This document shows, piece after piece, positions 17,788 to 27,174 of a stretch of DNA of 50,167 nt (the first letter of the stretch is position 1; every line of letters begins with the position of its first letter). Under the pieces are notes generated by a model. That model searched no databases and was not told where the DNA came from. It saw nothing but the letters and a program-made list of their open reading frames with translations. Made by a program: the position numbers and the translations under genes. Where the stretch lies: positions 1 through 50,167 of the IMG/VR virus record IMGVR_UViG_3300028581_000003; one strand, 5' to 3'. The DNA is from a virus (taxonomy: Duplodnaviria > Caudoviricetes).

Positions 17788-18456
17788 TTAACAATTCGTT
17801 TGATTTTTAAAAAATGAACAAAGTTCAATAACCTTTAAACCAGGAATTTCGCGAAAGTCTCGATCTTTATACCAACAAACCAAATAATCCACTAAAATGT
17901 TTTCTTGACGCATTTGTTTTAAGTGTGATCTAAACTTCGATGACAAAAATTCAAATTCAATCTTTCTAGGATGTTCTTCTTTATCAATTACAACAGCATC
18001 TGGAAATCCTAATTGAACACTTTGAATTTTTGTGAATCCAAATTTTTCTAGACATCTAAAGAACAGGACTACAACCTCTTGTTTATTTTTTGGTTGAAAA
18101 ATAAATCCTTCTTGATTAAAATCTTTAATAGACCTTCTTTTTGCAATAAGTCTTTGCTCAAAACATTCTTTGCAAAAATATTTTGATAGATGTTTAGAGC
18201 CTTGTCCAATAGGAGTTTGACATTTTGAACATTGATGAGGAACAGGAGAATTCTTTTTGATTAAACATTCTTTACAAAGTTTTGAAGCACGTTTTCCTTT
18301 TTCTTGATAAAAGTTTTGTGAACACCACGAACAGATGCTTGGTTGTTGAAAAGAAATGTGATGACTTGAATAGCAAGCTTCACAATAAATACTTTTATGT
18401 AAAGTTTTTTCATTATCAAACAAGATTTTACAATGTGCACAATTTACTTCGGCCAT
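17788..18456 (-). CDS. Multi-Zn-finger PD-(D/E)XK-like endonuclease
   Basis: Three pairs of CxxC, then NKQEVVVLF...GFPDA...IEFEFLSSKF...DYLVCW; own TATA promoter. Confidence 0.7.
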   Translation of the reverse strand: MAEVNCAHCKILFDNEKTLHKSIYCEACYSSHHISFQQPSICSWCSQNFYQEKGKRASKLCKECLIKKNSPVPHQCSKCQTPIGQGSKHLSKYFCKECFEQRLIAKRRSIKDFNQEGFIFQPKNKQEVVVLFFRCLEKFGFTKIQSVQLGFPDAVVIDKEEHPRKIEFEFLSSKFRSHLKQMRQENILVDYLVCWYKDRDFREIPGLKVIELCSFFKNQTNC

Positions 18457-18708
18457 ATTTTATTGAAAAGTTTTATCTTTATAAATATTCTTAGTATAAT
18501 AAAATGATATTGTATTTCGTGATGCTCGTCGTTGGACGACAAACAGCAAAAACCTCCCCCCACTCTGTCTAACTGTATTATTCTTATCTACTGTGTATAC
18601 TTCGTCTAACTGAAACGGACTGTATAAAAATAATAGGTATATATAAATAATAAAATAAATAAGCTTCTTTTTTATTATATACTATAATACACTTTAAAAT
18701 TTAGTCAA

Positions 18709-18733
18709 ACAAGTATCATTTTATGATACTTGT
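18709..18733. repeat. Perfect 11-bp inverted repeat downstream of primase-helicase
   Basis: ACAAGTATCAT-ttt-ATGATACTTGT. Confidence 0.8.
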
Positions 18734-18760
18734 GTTGTAATTACATAAGAATGGTATGAT

Positions 18761-20944
18761 TTAGTTTTCTTTATCAATAATATTTTCAGAAAGGTCCAAT
18801 TGTTCACTTGTCTTTGGTTTTGATTGAATTTCTTGAACAGCGGCATATTTTCCATAACGAGGATTAAATAATTGAGATTCTTTAACTAATTCTTCAATAT
18901 ATTTTAAAATTGTGAATTCTGTTAATTCGGTGGATTCTTTTGCATTATCGACAATCTCCTTTCTTGAGCATTCTTTTTGTTCTTTTACGAAATTTATAAT
19001 TTCTTGTTTAATTTTTTCTTTGTAGTTCAAAATTTTCTTGAATTCACTTGATCTAAATGATGTTTTCTTTTCATTATCATCTTTTGTAACTTCGATCATT
19101 ATATTATTAGCAATATTTCCATCTCTATTCTTTACTCCTAAATTGATGGCTAAATTGAAGTGTAAGACTTTGTTATCGACAGAAATTGACTCATTTCCTT
19201 TTGTAACTAAATAGGCCCCATCAAATAAAGCTACAATATCAGAGGAACCTCGAAAAGCATCCAATAAATCCTCATCTTCGACTTCGCCTAACTTAATTTT
19301 CTTTAAATGATGGATAATAATAATTGTTTTCTTTAATTCGGACAAAGGTTTTAAGAAATTCAAGTAGAATCCATTTGTAATTTCGGAGTCATTTTCAGAG
19401 CCTTCTAAAAATCTTCTAAAAGAATCAAAGACAATTACATCATAGGGAAAACATTTTGCTAATTCTTTTGTTAATTCTTTTTTATCAAAATCAAAAGAAA
19501 AATCAAATGGAGTTGGATTTTCGTTAAACTTTTGTCCTTTCACAAAATATTGAAGTCTTTGTGCATTTCGATCTTCTCCATTTTCTAAATCATAATATAA
19601 GATAGAAGGGTCTGTTGGAATGTCAAATTTATTAAGAAACTTTCGATTTTCTAATTTTGTTCCTACGCACATTGCAAGGACAAAAAGAGATTTGCCCTTT
19701 CCACCTTTTCCACCAATTAAAAGAGTTTTTCCTTTTGGAAGAATTTTGTCAATGATGTATTCATTTTCAATAACTTCTTTATTTGCTAAATTGAAAGCAG
19801 ATATTGGTTTGATCTCCGTTTTTTTATTTTCAATTTTTTTAATTTCTTCAAAGATTGTTTTCTTTGTAATCATTAGCGCATAAGCAACTTTGCCAACTAA
19901 ATATTCTCTTATAATAACATCTTTGATTTTTGCAATTCTTCTAAGAACAGAGTCTCGTTCATCCAGTAGTATTGATTTGTTTGGATTATTAAGTTCTAAG
20001 ATTAAAGCTGTCACATCTTTGTCCAAGTTCAAATCCAAGATTATTCCTTTTAAATCATAAATATCCTCTGTTTCATTAGAGTATTCTCTTGCCCATTTAT
20101 TAATTTCCCATTTATTATATTCTTTTAATTCACCAGTTAAAGCTTTTTTATACCATCCTTCAAATACCTTATAAGGAATATCGGGCATAAGTCTAGTTAA
20201 TAATTCTTGAATTTTTTCTCGAATTTTTTCATTTGATAAACCACTTTTTGCACTTGCAATTGCTAAATTCTTTAAAACAATGTTGTTTCTTGATGTTCCT
20301 AATGGCAAAATTTCTGTTCTTTTCTTTAAATATTTCCAAAATTCGTCTTTTGAGAAAAAGTTTAAAGAATCTTCATTATTACTATCTCCAGAGATTTGAT
20401 TCATTAATTCTAATGATCTTTTATTATTTTCGATATTTTCTTTTGCAATATTAAGAGTTGAAGTTTTCAATTCGTTTATTCCTTCAAAATAGTCTAAGAT
20501 AGGAAGAACTTTATTTATTTTGAAATGAGGTTTTCCTGGAATTGAAATAACACCATTAAGAGAAACCTTTGCCTCATCTGCACCAAAACCTCTTACAAAG
20601 ATTCTTCGAATCTCCTCAATTAATTCATCCGAAAAAGTTTCTAGTTTTTCAAAAGGTGCATAAATATGGTAGCCATGCGGACTTCTATCCGCCAGAAATG
20701 CAGTTATTCCTTTATTGATTAGTCTTTCTCTAAATTCGTGATAATGTAATAGAATTTCTTCTTCTGTTAAATCTTTTAGATCAATATCAAAAACAATATA
20801 TTTTCTTGCTGGAATTCCCAAATTCATTTGTTTTTTGTCGGCTTCTGATAATTCTTCCCATTTTTTCCAAGTAGGCCAGAATGTTTTTGTGATTTCGTTT
20901 CGATATGTAAATTTACCTGTTTTTGTATCAAAATCAAATTCCAT
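18761..20944 (-). CDS. AEP primase fused to RecA-like (AAA_25/RepA-type) helicase with C-terminal winged-helix-like region
   Basis: FDIDLK (DxD) and SPHGYHIY primase motifs; Walker A GGKGGKGKS, YYDLEN, Walker B IVFDS, IIHHLKK, FRGSSDI; likely start MEFDF at 20944. Confidence 0.85.
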   Translation of the reverse strand: MEFDFDTKTGKFTYRNEITKTFWPTWKKWEELSEADKKQMNLGIPARKYIVFDIDLKDLTEEEILLHYHEFRERLINKGITAFLADRSPHGYHIYAPFEKLETFSDELIEEIRRIFVRGFGADEAKVSLNGVISIPGKPHFKINKVLPILDYFEGINELKTSTLNIAKENIENNKRSLELMNQISGDSNNEDSLNFFSKDEFWKYLKKRTEILPLGTSRNNIVLKNLAIASAKSGLSNEKIREKIQELLTRLMPDIPYKVFEGWYKKALTGELKEYNKWEINKWAREYSNETEDIYDLKGIILDLNLDKDVTALILELNNPNKSILLDERDSVLRRIAKIKDVIIREYLVGKVAYALMITKKTIFEEIKKIENKKTEIKPISAFNLANKEVIENEYIIDKILPKGKTLLIGGKGGKGKSLFVLAMCVGTKLENRKFLNKFDIPTDPSILYYDLENGEDRNAQRLQYFVKGQKFNENPTPFDFSFDFDKKELTKELAKCFPYDVIVFDSFRRFLEGSENDSEITNGFYLNFLKPLSELKKTIIIIHHLKKIKLGEVEDEDLLDAFRGSSDIVALFDGAYLVTKGNESISVDNKVLHFNLAINLGVKNRDGNIANNIMIEVTKDDNEKKTSFRSSEFKKILNYKEKIKQEIINFVKEQKECSRKEIVDNAKESTELTEFTILKYIEELVKESQLFNPRYGKYAAVQEIQSKPKTSEQLDLSENIIDKEN

Positions 20945-21215
20945 TTTTTTCTTTCCAAAGTTTAAATATAAGAAGTGCTTCATCTTGTGTAATCTCTTTT
21001 CTTCTTGAGACTTCTAATGTTTGAATACCCGAAAACATGATGGGAAATTCCTTTTCGATAACCACATCAAAAAATTTAATAAAACTTTCTTCAACCTCTG
21101 TTATAAATCCATTGTATGCAAAGACTTTTTGAGAATTAATTCTTTCTTGAATGAAAGAAAATGTTAACTCTTTTTTATATGTCTCGGCTTTTACTTTAAT
21201 ATCGTATAATATCAT
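20934..21215 (-). CDS. Hypothetical protein upstream of primase-helicase (start moved to MILYD)
   Basis: ATG 21215 is at the genome-wide TATA spacing (box at ~21237-21244). Confidence 0.65.
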   Translation of the reverse strand: MILYDIKVKAETYKKELTFSFIQERINSQKVFAYNGFITEVEESFIKFFDVVIEKEFPIMFSGIQTLEVSRRKEITQDEALLIFKLWKEKNGI

Positions 21216-21273
21216 AAACAAATAGTAAATATTATGTTTATAAATATTTTTATTTTTTGTTCTTATTTTAAAA

Positions 21274-21305
21274 TTACAAATAAGAATAAGAAACATTTAT
21301 AAATA
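21274..21305 (+). promoter_or_regulatory. Class A promoter TTACA-N13-AACATTTATAAATA
   Basis: Same architecture at 22135-22166 and 27124-27155. Confidence 0.8.
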
Positions 21306-21368
21306 GATTAATATATAAAATCATATGAAAATAAAAAAAGAAGGTTTAAAACAATCAGGATTCATTTC

Positions 21369-21704
21369 ATGGCTGTAAAATCGAGACATCAACTTGCAAA
21401 GGATGCTGCAAAGGCAAGAAGTGCAAAGAGAGAAGCATTTTTTCAAAAGCAGAAAGTATATGCTAAGTTAGATGAACTTTCAAAGCTTGAGTTATATGCG
21501 GGCGGATTAATTTCACAAATTAAAAATTGTCAAGCTGATTTACAAGGAATGTTCAAAAACAATGAAGTGATTCAAAGAAAACAAGGTCATCTTGAAGCAG
21601 ACTTGAAAAAAACGAATTTACAAATTGCAAAACTAAGAATTGAAAAAGAACAACAAGAACTTGAACAAAGACAACAAAAAGAGGAGATTGTTAACAATGC
21701 CTAA
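21369..21704 (+). CDS. Coiled-coil hypothetical protein
   Basis: Helical K/E/Q-rich; downstream of promoter. Confidence 0.7.
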   Translation: MAVKSRHQLAKDAAKARSAKREAFFQKQKVYAKLDELSKLELYAGGLISQIKNCQADLQGMFKNNEVIQRKQGHLEADLKKTNLQIAKLRIEKEQQELEQRQQKEEIVNNA

Positions 21705-22098
21705 TCAAAAAGCTATTCGAACAAAATATTTGCCTTGTTCAAATTGTAAAAAAATGGTTGAAGTTGGACAATCAACAAAAACTGTTTTATGTGAAGATTG
21801 CACAGAAAAATACATGAGAGAAGCTTATAATCAAGAAATGAAAGGAGGAAAAGAAAATATGGTTGAAAACAAAGTCGTTGCAAAGAAAGTTCCTGCAAAA
21901 ACATCTGTCCCAAAAGCTGAAAAGGTTGATAAGAAACCAAAGTTTGGTCCAGAAGTTGAGGCAAAAGTAATTAAGTTATTTAAGGAAGGAAAGAAATTCA
22001 CTGAAATCTCTAAAGAATTAGGTGGAAGTCCTGCCGTTCCAAAAATCAAGCGAATTATTGCTGCATCAGGAGCACAGGCCCCAAAAAAGAAAGAGTAA
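21697..22098 (+). CDS. Zn-ribbon plus C-terminal HTH-like basic protein (an internal start MVENK with GGAGG is also possible)
   Basis: GAGGAG SD before MPNQK; CSNC...CEDC; VIKLFKEGKKFTEISKELGGS HTH pattern. Confidence 0.7.
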   Translation: MPNQKAIRTKYLPCSNCKKMVEVGQSTKTVLCEDCTEKYMREAYNQEMKGGKENMVENKVVAKKVPAKTSVPKAEKVDKKPKFGPEVEAKVIKLFKEGKKFTEISKELGGSPAVPKIKRIIAASGAQAPKKKE

Positions 22099-22130
22099 TT
22101 ACTTTCAAATTTTTTTTATTTTTTTACTTT
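22099..22130 (+). terminator. Oligo-T terminator
   Basis: Long T-tracts right after the stop codon. Confidence 0.55.
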
Positions 22131-22134
22131 ATAA

Positions 22135-22166
22135 TTACACCAAATAAATGGAAACATTTATAAATA
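22135..22166 (+). promoter_or_regulatory. Class A promoter for repair/modification/polB operon
   Basis: TTACA-N13-AACATTTATAAATA. Confidence 0.8.
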
Positions 22167-22226
22167 AATATCTATTAACAAAAACATGACAATAAAAATA
22201 AATTACATTTCAAAAAAGAGGAACAA

Positions 22227-22694
22227 ATGAATATCTTTGTATTGGACACAAATCCAGAGAAAGCAGCAATTGCACAGTGTAATAAACACGTTGTTAAAAT
22301 GCCTTTAGAGGCTACACAAATGTTATGCACAATTTTTAATTTGCATAATATAAAGGCCCCTTACAAATCGTGTCATTCAAAACATCCTTGCACTCTTTGG
22401 CTATCAAAATCAATGAATAATATCGATTGGCTGATTCTTCACACAAAAACTTTATTTTATGAATATACAATAAGATACAAAAGAGTTCATAAATCTGAAC
22501 AAGTTTTGGATTGGTGTATTAAAAATAAGGACAAACTACAAATTCCTTATATCGGATTGACTCCATTTGCTCAAGCAATGCCTGAGCAATATAAAAATAA
22601 GGATGCTGTTATTGCTTATCGAGCATATTATCAAAATGATAAATTAAAAATTGCAGTATGGCCAGAAAATAAAAGCCCGGAGTGGATAAAATGA
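22227..22694 (+). CDS. Pyrimidine-dimer DNA glycosylase/endonuclease V (DenV)-like protein
   Basis: MNIFVLD..P..AA...NKHVVKMPLEATQML...HPCTLW...FAQAMP...AYRAYY family pattern. Confidence 0.8.
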   Translation: MNIFVLDTNPEKAAIAQCNKHVVKMPLEATQMLCTIFNLHNIKAPYKSCHSKHPCTLWLSKSMNNIDWLILHTKTLFYEYTIRYKRVHKSEQVLDWCIKNKDKLQIPYIGLTPFAQAMPEQYKNKDAVIAYRAYYQNDKLKIAVWPENKSPEWIK

Positions 22695-23002
22695 CAAAAG
22701 ACGCAAAAAATGGCGACTATTTTATAAAAGCTTGTCAAATGGTTTCTGAAAATCCAACTTTTGTTTTTTGTTATGCAAAAGTTCTAGGTCAAGGCCCATT
22801 GACCGGAATTCGATTTCATCATGCATGGGTTGAATTAAGAGATGTTGTTTTTGATTATTCAAATGGAAATAATATTGTTTTAAGAAAAGAATTATATTAT
22901 GAAAAAGCAAATATTGAAGAACAAGATGTTGTTAAACAAACTTCCAATGAAGTTATTTTGTTAATGCTACAAACAGGAACATATGGAGGTTGGATAAAAT
23001 GA
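22691..23002 (+). CDS. Hypothetical protein with HAWVE motif (transglutaminase/papain-like fold; expected catalytic Cys apparently replaced)
   Basis: GDYF (homologues typically GDC[YF])...HHAWVE...VFDYSNG. Confidence 0.55.
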   Translation: MTKDAKNGDYFIKACQMVSENPTFVFCYAKVLGQGPLTGIRFHHAWVELRDVVFDYSNGNNIVLRKELYYEKANIEEQDVVKQTSNEVILLMLQTGTYGGWIK

Positions 23003-23400
23003 ATATTATTGATGTAACTCCCGAAGAAGTTGAAAAAGAAGTTCAAGCTTTACAACCAAAGGACACAATGGATTTACTTTTGAAAATTGGCAAAGAATAT
23101 ATGCAAAAGTATCAATCTGAGCCCATTGATATTGATACAAAAGAAGGTCAAAAAGAATTTAGAAGAATAAGTTGTTATTTAATTGAGGAATTGATGGAAA
23201 TGCAAAATTGTTTAAAAATTAGAGAATGGTCTATTTCTGAATACCCGGTTGATCAACAACATTTCGCCGAGGAATTTGCAGACTTTTTTAATTTTGTTAT
23301 GCAAATCCCTCTGTTGTTAGGATATGAAGAAGAAAAAATTAAAGATATTATTATTCGAAAAAGAATTGTTAATAAATTTAGACAGGAGAGTTCATATTAA
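22999..23400 (+). CDS. MazG-like/dimeric dUTPase-type all-alpha nucleotide pyrophosphatase
   Basis: IEELMEM...W...EEFADF acidic motifs; GGAGG SD. Confidence 0.8.
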   Translation: MNIIDVTPEEVEKEVQALQPKDTMDLLLKIGKEYMQKYQSEPIDIDTKEGQKEFRRISCYLIEELMEMQNCLKIREWSISEYPVDQQHFAEEFADFFNFVMQIPLLLGYEEEKIKDIIIRKRIVNKFRQESSY

Positions 23401-23402
23401 AT

Positions 23403-24137
23403 ATGCGAATTTTTAAGAATTTCAAACAGCTTATTCAAGAATTACCACGAGAAGTTTTTACTAGAGGTCAAGAGGTTTTTGATAAGTCTGTTCAAGGAAA
23501 AATTGTAACACAAGGCGAAGGCTTTGAACAAAAAGAATTATTTGGAATGTCGTATATGATTAATGATTTTTCAGATCGAGACGAAATGATGTTCTTAGCT
23601 CAAAAAATGTTTAACAAAGAGCATTTAACAAAGGAAGTTGCAGAGCAATGGTTTTGGGATATGATTCACAATCCAACAACAAAAGAAACTTGGTTTGATA
23701 AAACTCAATACACAAAAGAATACTTTGAGAAATTTTGTAATGAAAATAATTCCGGGACATCTGCATATGGATATGGAGAAAGAATTATTCCTCAATTAGA
23801 TTCTTTAATAAAAAGATTAAAAGGAAATTTATACGCAAGAGGAGCCTATATTGCAATGCATGATAATCGAGATATTCATAGAATAGGTCGTAGAATCCCC
23901 TGCACGCTGTCTTATGGTTTTGCTGTTAGAAAAACATTAGCCGGGGATAAAATGAATATGTTTTTACATATGCGGAGCCAGGATTTAGTTAATTTTATGA
24001 CTCTTGATTTATATAAGGCAACATTATTTCTGGAATATGTTGCAAAAGAACTAAATGTAAAGACGGGAAAACTTATTGTTTATGTGGATTCACTCCATGC
24101 ATACAAACGGGATGTGCCCTCTAGTGTAACTTGGTAA
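23403..24137 (+). CDS. Thymidylate-synthase-fold enzyme, probable dCMP (hydroxy)methyltransferase
   Basis: YGYGERI, RIPCT (catalytic Cys), MRSQD, SLHAY; Asp (TLDL) at the position equivalent to E. coli TS Asn177. Confidence 0.8.
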   Translation: MRIFKNFKQLIQELPREVFTRGQEVFDKSVQGKIVTQGEGFEQKELFGMSYMINDFSDRDEMMFLAQKMFNKEHLTKEVAEQWFWDMIHNPTTKETWFDKTQYTKEYFEKFCNENNSGTSAYGYGERIIPQLDSLIKRLKGNLYARGAYIAMHDNRDIHRIGRRIPCTLSYGFAVRKTLAGDKMNMFLHMRSQDLVNFMTLDLYKATLFLEYVAKELNVKTGKLIVYVDSLHAYKRDVPSSVTW

Positions 24138-24649
24138 CAAACGATTATTTGAATATTTTAATCTATTTTTGTGAAAAAGCAAAAAAGAAAGGGCAGTTAT
24201 TAATTTTTAATGATGTTTCTTTGCTTTCTTTTGTTCCAAGAATTGTTCACGAAGATGCGATTCTTCCTTTTATTAATATAAATATTGACAAAAAGAAAAA
24301 GTATATCTTAAAAACATATTATAGCGGAGAAATAACAAAAAAGAATCCTTGTATAGAATCCATATCAAATAATAAAATCTATTTTAGAAGTTGTCGAGTT
24401 TTTCCAACATTTTTCATAGATTTACTTGTAATTGAACAGTTACAATACCATAAAAAACTACTTGAAATCAAAAAGATGTTCATCGGTTATCACATCTTAG
24501 GCCTGGAAAAACTTTTCAAAGAATTTGATATTGTGATTCAAAACCCGGACTATTATTTAGTTTTAGAACATTGGAAAAAAAGATTTGCAAATGAGAATTT
24601 GAAACTAGAAATGTTAAAGAAATATAAGGGGTGGTTGAATGGAAAATAA
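24131..24649 (+). CDS. Hypothetical protein, possibly degenerate TS-fold partner
   Basis: NPCI...IYFRSCRVFPTFFIDL mirrors the PC / RSxD....xDL spacing of the upstream gene; start codon uncertain. Confidence 0.5.
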   Translation: MVTNDYLNILIYFCEKAKKKGQLLIFNDVSLLSFVPRIVHEDAILPFININIDKKKKYILKTYYSGEITKKNPCIESISNNKIYFRSCRVFPTFFIDLLVIEQLQYHKKLLEIKKMFIGYHILGLEKLFKEFDIVIQNPDYYLVLEHWKKRFANENLKLEMLKKYKGWLNGK

Positions 24650-27110
24650 AAAAGGTGTTTTCTTCAATGTTGAGCAATGTCAAATAGGAGGAGACTCTTG
24701 TGGATTAAGATTTTTAGGAAGATGGGAAGATAAGTCAAAAATGGATTTTATTACAAAAGGTCAAAAACCATATTTTTATATTTTAGAAGATGAGGCCTCT
24801 TTAATTACTTTTGCCTGTAAAAAAGAATATGGATTCATGAGTATTTACAACGACAAATTGATTAAAATTATTTTCGATAATCCTTTTGATACATGGACTT
24901 TTAAATCTTTATTTACAAAAACATTTGAAGCAGATGTTCATTATTCTTTGAAGTATCTGATCGACAAAGATTTGTATGATGGAATAGAAGTTAAGAATAA
25001 CGAAGTTAAGAATAACGAAGTTTTTCATTCTGAAATTGATGTTGAGCCAAGAGTTATGATTGTAGATATTGAAACAGATTATGTTGGAGGGTCAAACTCT
25101 GATATGATGAGACCAATTATTTCAATTGCTTTTTATGATAATTATACAAATAAATTATATTGCATTGCAACAAAAGATGACAAAGAAGTTTTTGAAAAGA
25201 AATATCTTTCGACTCAAAAAGAATTAAAAACAGAAATTGAAGTTGAATTACAAGTTGTAACTTCAGAAAAACAACTACTGGAAATTTTCAAAAAGTTTGT
25301 AATTGATTTTGATATTGACATTTTTACGGGATGGAATGTCAATTTTGATATGATTTATATTTTACATAGACTTGCAACTTTGAACTTAAATGTCAGTGAA
25401 ATGTCTCCTTTGCGGAAAATTTCATACTCAACAGAGTATGTTGTCTCCGGAGAAAAACAAGCAAAATATGCTACGGGTAAACATGAAAAGAAAGTCAATA
25501 TTAAAGGACGAGCTATTATTGATTTGATGGCGGGTTACAAAAGAATGAAATGGAAGTCTGTTCCTTCCGGTAGTCTGGAGGCTGTTGGACAAGTTGAATT
25601 TAAAACAGGAAAGATTCAATATAAAGGATGGATTCACGACTTTTGGCTTTCTGATTTTGATAAATTTATTGAGTATAATATTCGAGATGTTGAAATTTGT
25701 ATAGCTTTAAACAAAAAATATAATATTCTTAATTCACTATTAGGAATTAAAAAAATGTCTGGTTGTGAATTAGCAGATATTTTACAAAATAGTAGAATTA
25801 TTGACACATACATTTTAAGAAATTGTAAAAATAAAATTATACTTCCATCAAAAAATTACGCAAAAGACTACGATGCAATTGAAGGAGGATTTGTTTTAGC
25901 TCCTAGATCTGGTATAAGTAAAAACATTGTTGTTCTGGATTTAAAGTCTTTATATCCATCTATTATGTTAAGTTTTAATATGTCTCCGGAAACTATTGAT
26001 TTAAATGGTGAAATAAGTGTTGGAAATGGAATCAAATTCAAAAAAGAAACAGGCATACTTAAACATATTTTACAAGATATTTTAGATAAGAGAGATGGGG
26101 TAAGAGCACTTTTGAAAACACCTGAGTATGATAAAGAAAAATATCCCGAAAAATATTTAACAATGTATAAGAAACAATACTATTATAAAACTTTTCAAAA
26201 TTCCTTCTACGGCGCCACGCTTTATCCAGGTTTTAGATTATTTAATCCTGACATTGGAAAATCAATTACATTTGTTGGAAGATTTTTGAATGAAAAGATG
26301 CGAGAACTTTGTATAAAAAAAGGTTATGAAGTTATAACTGCAGATACAGATTCGGTTTATGTTGATGTTCACGAAGAAAATTCTGAAAAAGCAATTGCTA
26401 TTGGAAAACAATTAGAAGATGACATCAATCACTCTTTTGCAACTTGGTTTGCGGATAAGGGAAATGATGCAAGTTTTATTAGTATTAAATTCGAAAAATT
26501 ATACGGAATTTATGCAAATGCCGGTGGCAAAAAGTGCTATGCAGGAAATATTGTCTGGGATTGGGAAAAAGGAATGTTGGATGTTCCAGAAATGGAGATC
26601 AAAGGATTTGCAACGGTTAAGAGTGATCGAAGTTTAGTAAGTAAAAAAATTCAAAAAACTGTGATTCAAATGATTTTAGCAGAAAAAGATACAAAATCAA
26701 TTATTGCTTTTATTTATCAAGAAATTGATAAGATTTATGCAAAAAAATATACTTGGGAAGAAATCGGAATTCCAAAAGCTATTTCAAAGGATTTAGATGA
26801 GTATAAGATTTCAAATCCTTGGATTGATGGAGTAAGATATTCTCTCGCAAATGTAAACGGATTTACATTTTCTCCAAAACCTTATTTGTTATATGTTAAA
26901 AAATCGAATAAATACAAAACATCTTGTTTTTGTTTTAATAATACTTGGGAAGTTCCTGATGATTTGCCAATTGATTGGGAAAGCATGTTATTAAAAAGTA
27001 TTGCAAAAATTGTTGAAAAGCTATTTGAAATGCTTCATGTTGAACCAAAAGTAGTAGACATCTATATAAAAAATAAATTAACAAACCAAAGATTCTTAGA
27101 TTCTTTTTAA
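24639..27110 (+). CDS. polB: Family B DNA polymerase with 3'-5' exonuclease
   Basis: DIETD, GWNVNFD, YNIRD exonuclease motifs; DLKSLYPS, KTFQNSFYG, ADTDS polymerase motifs. Confidence 0.95.
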   Translation: MENKKGVFFNVEQCQIGGDSCGLRFLGRWEDKSKMDFITKGQKPYFYILEDEASLITFACKKEYGFMSIYNDKLIKIIFDNPFDTWTFKSLFTKTFEADVHYSLKYLIDKDLYDGIEVKNNEVKNNEVFHSEIDVEPRVMIVDIETDYVGGSNSDMMRPIISIAFYDNYTNKLYCIATKDDKEVFEKKYLSTQKELKTEIEVELQVVTSEKQLLEIFKKFVIDFDIDIFTGWNVNFDMIYILHRLATLNLNVSEMSPLRKISYSTEYVVSGEKQAKYATGKHEKKVNIKGRAIIDLMAGYKRMKWKSVPSGSLEAVGQVEFKTGKIQYKGWIHDFWLSDFDKFIEYNIRDVEICIALNKKYNILNSLLGIKKMSGCELADILQNSRIIDTYILRNCKNKIILPSKNYAKDYDAIEGGFVLAPRSGISKNIVVLDLKSLYPSIMLSFNMSPETIDLNGEISVGNGIKFKKETGILKHILQDILDKRDGVRALLKTPEYDKEKYPEKYLTMYKKQYYYKTFQNSFYGATLYPGFRLFNPDIGKSITFVGRFLNEKMRELCIKKGYEVITADTDSVYVDVHEENSEKAIAIGKQLEDDINHSFATWFADKGNDASFISIKFEKLYGIYANAGGKKCYAGNIVWDWEKGMLDVPEMEIKGFATVKSDRSLVSKKIQKTVIQMILAEKDTKSIIAFIYQEIDKIYAKKYTWEEIGIPKAISKDLDEYKISNPWIDGVRYSLANVNGFTFSPKPYLLYVKKSNKYKTSCFCFNNTWEVPDDLPIDWESMLLKSIAKIVEKLFEMLHVEPKVVDIYIKNKLTNQRFLDSF

Positions 27111-27123
27111 TGTAATTACAAAG

Positions 27124-27155
27124 TTACAATTTCAATATAGCAACATTTATAAATA
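27124..27155 (+). promoter_or_regulatory. Class A promoter for ligase operon
   Basis: TTACA-N13-AACATTTATAAATA. Confidence 0.8.
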
Positions 27156-27174
27156 AGTATCAATATCTATTAAT

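Noticed and set aside
18567-18625. Mini-CRISPR from GTCTAACTG repeats
   Set aside because: Units are only 9 bp with two exact copies; treated as possible iterons instead
22683-23002. Identical TGGATAAAATGA at the ends of two consecutive genes as a mobile-cassette boundary
   Set aside because: Only 12 bp and partly constrained by stop/start overlap and SD; insufficient evidence
24639-27110. Protein-primed PolB or intein-containing PolB
   Set aside because: Motif spacing is normal with no intein termini, the genome is circular, and a primase-helicase is encoded
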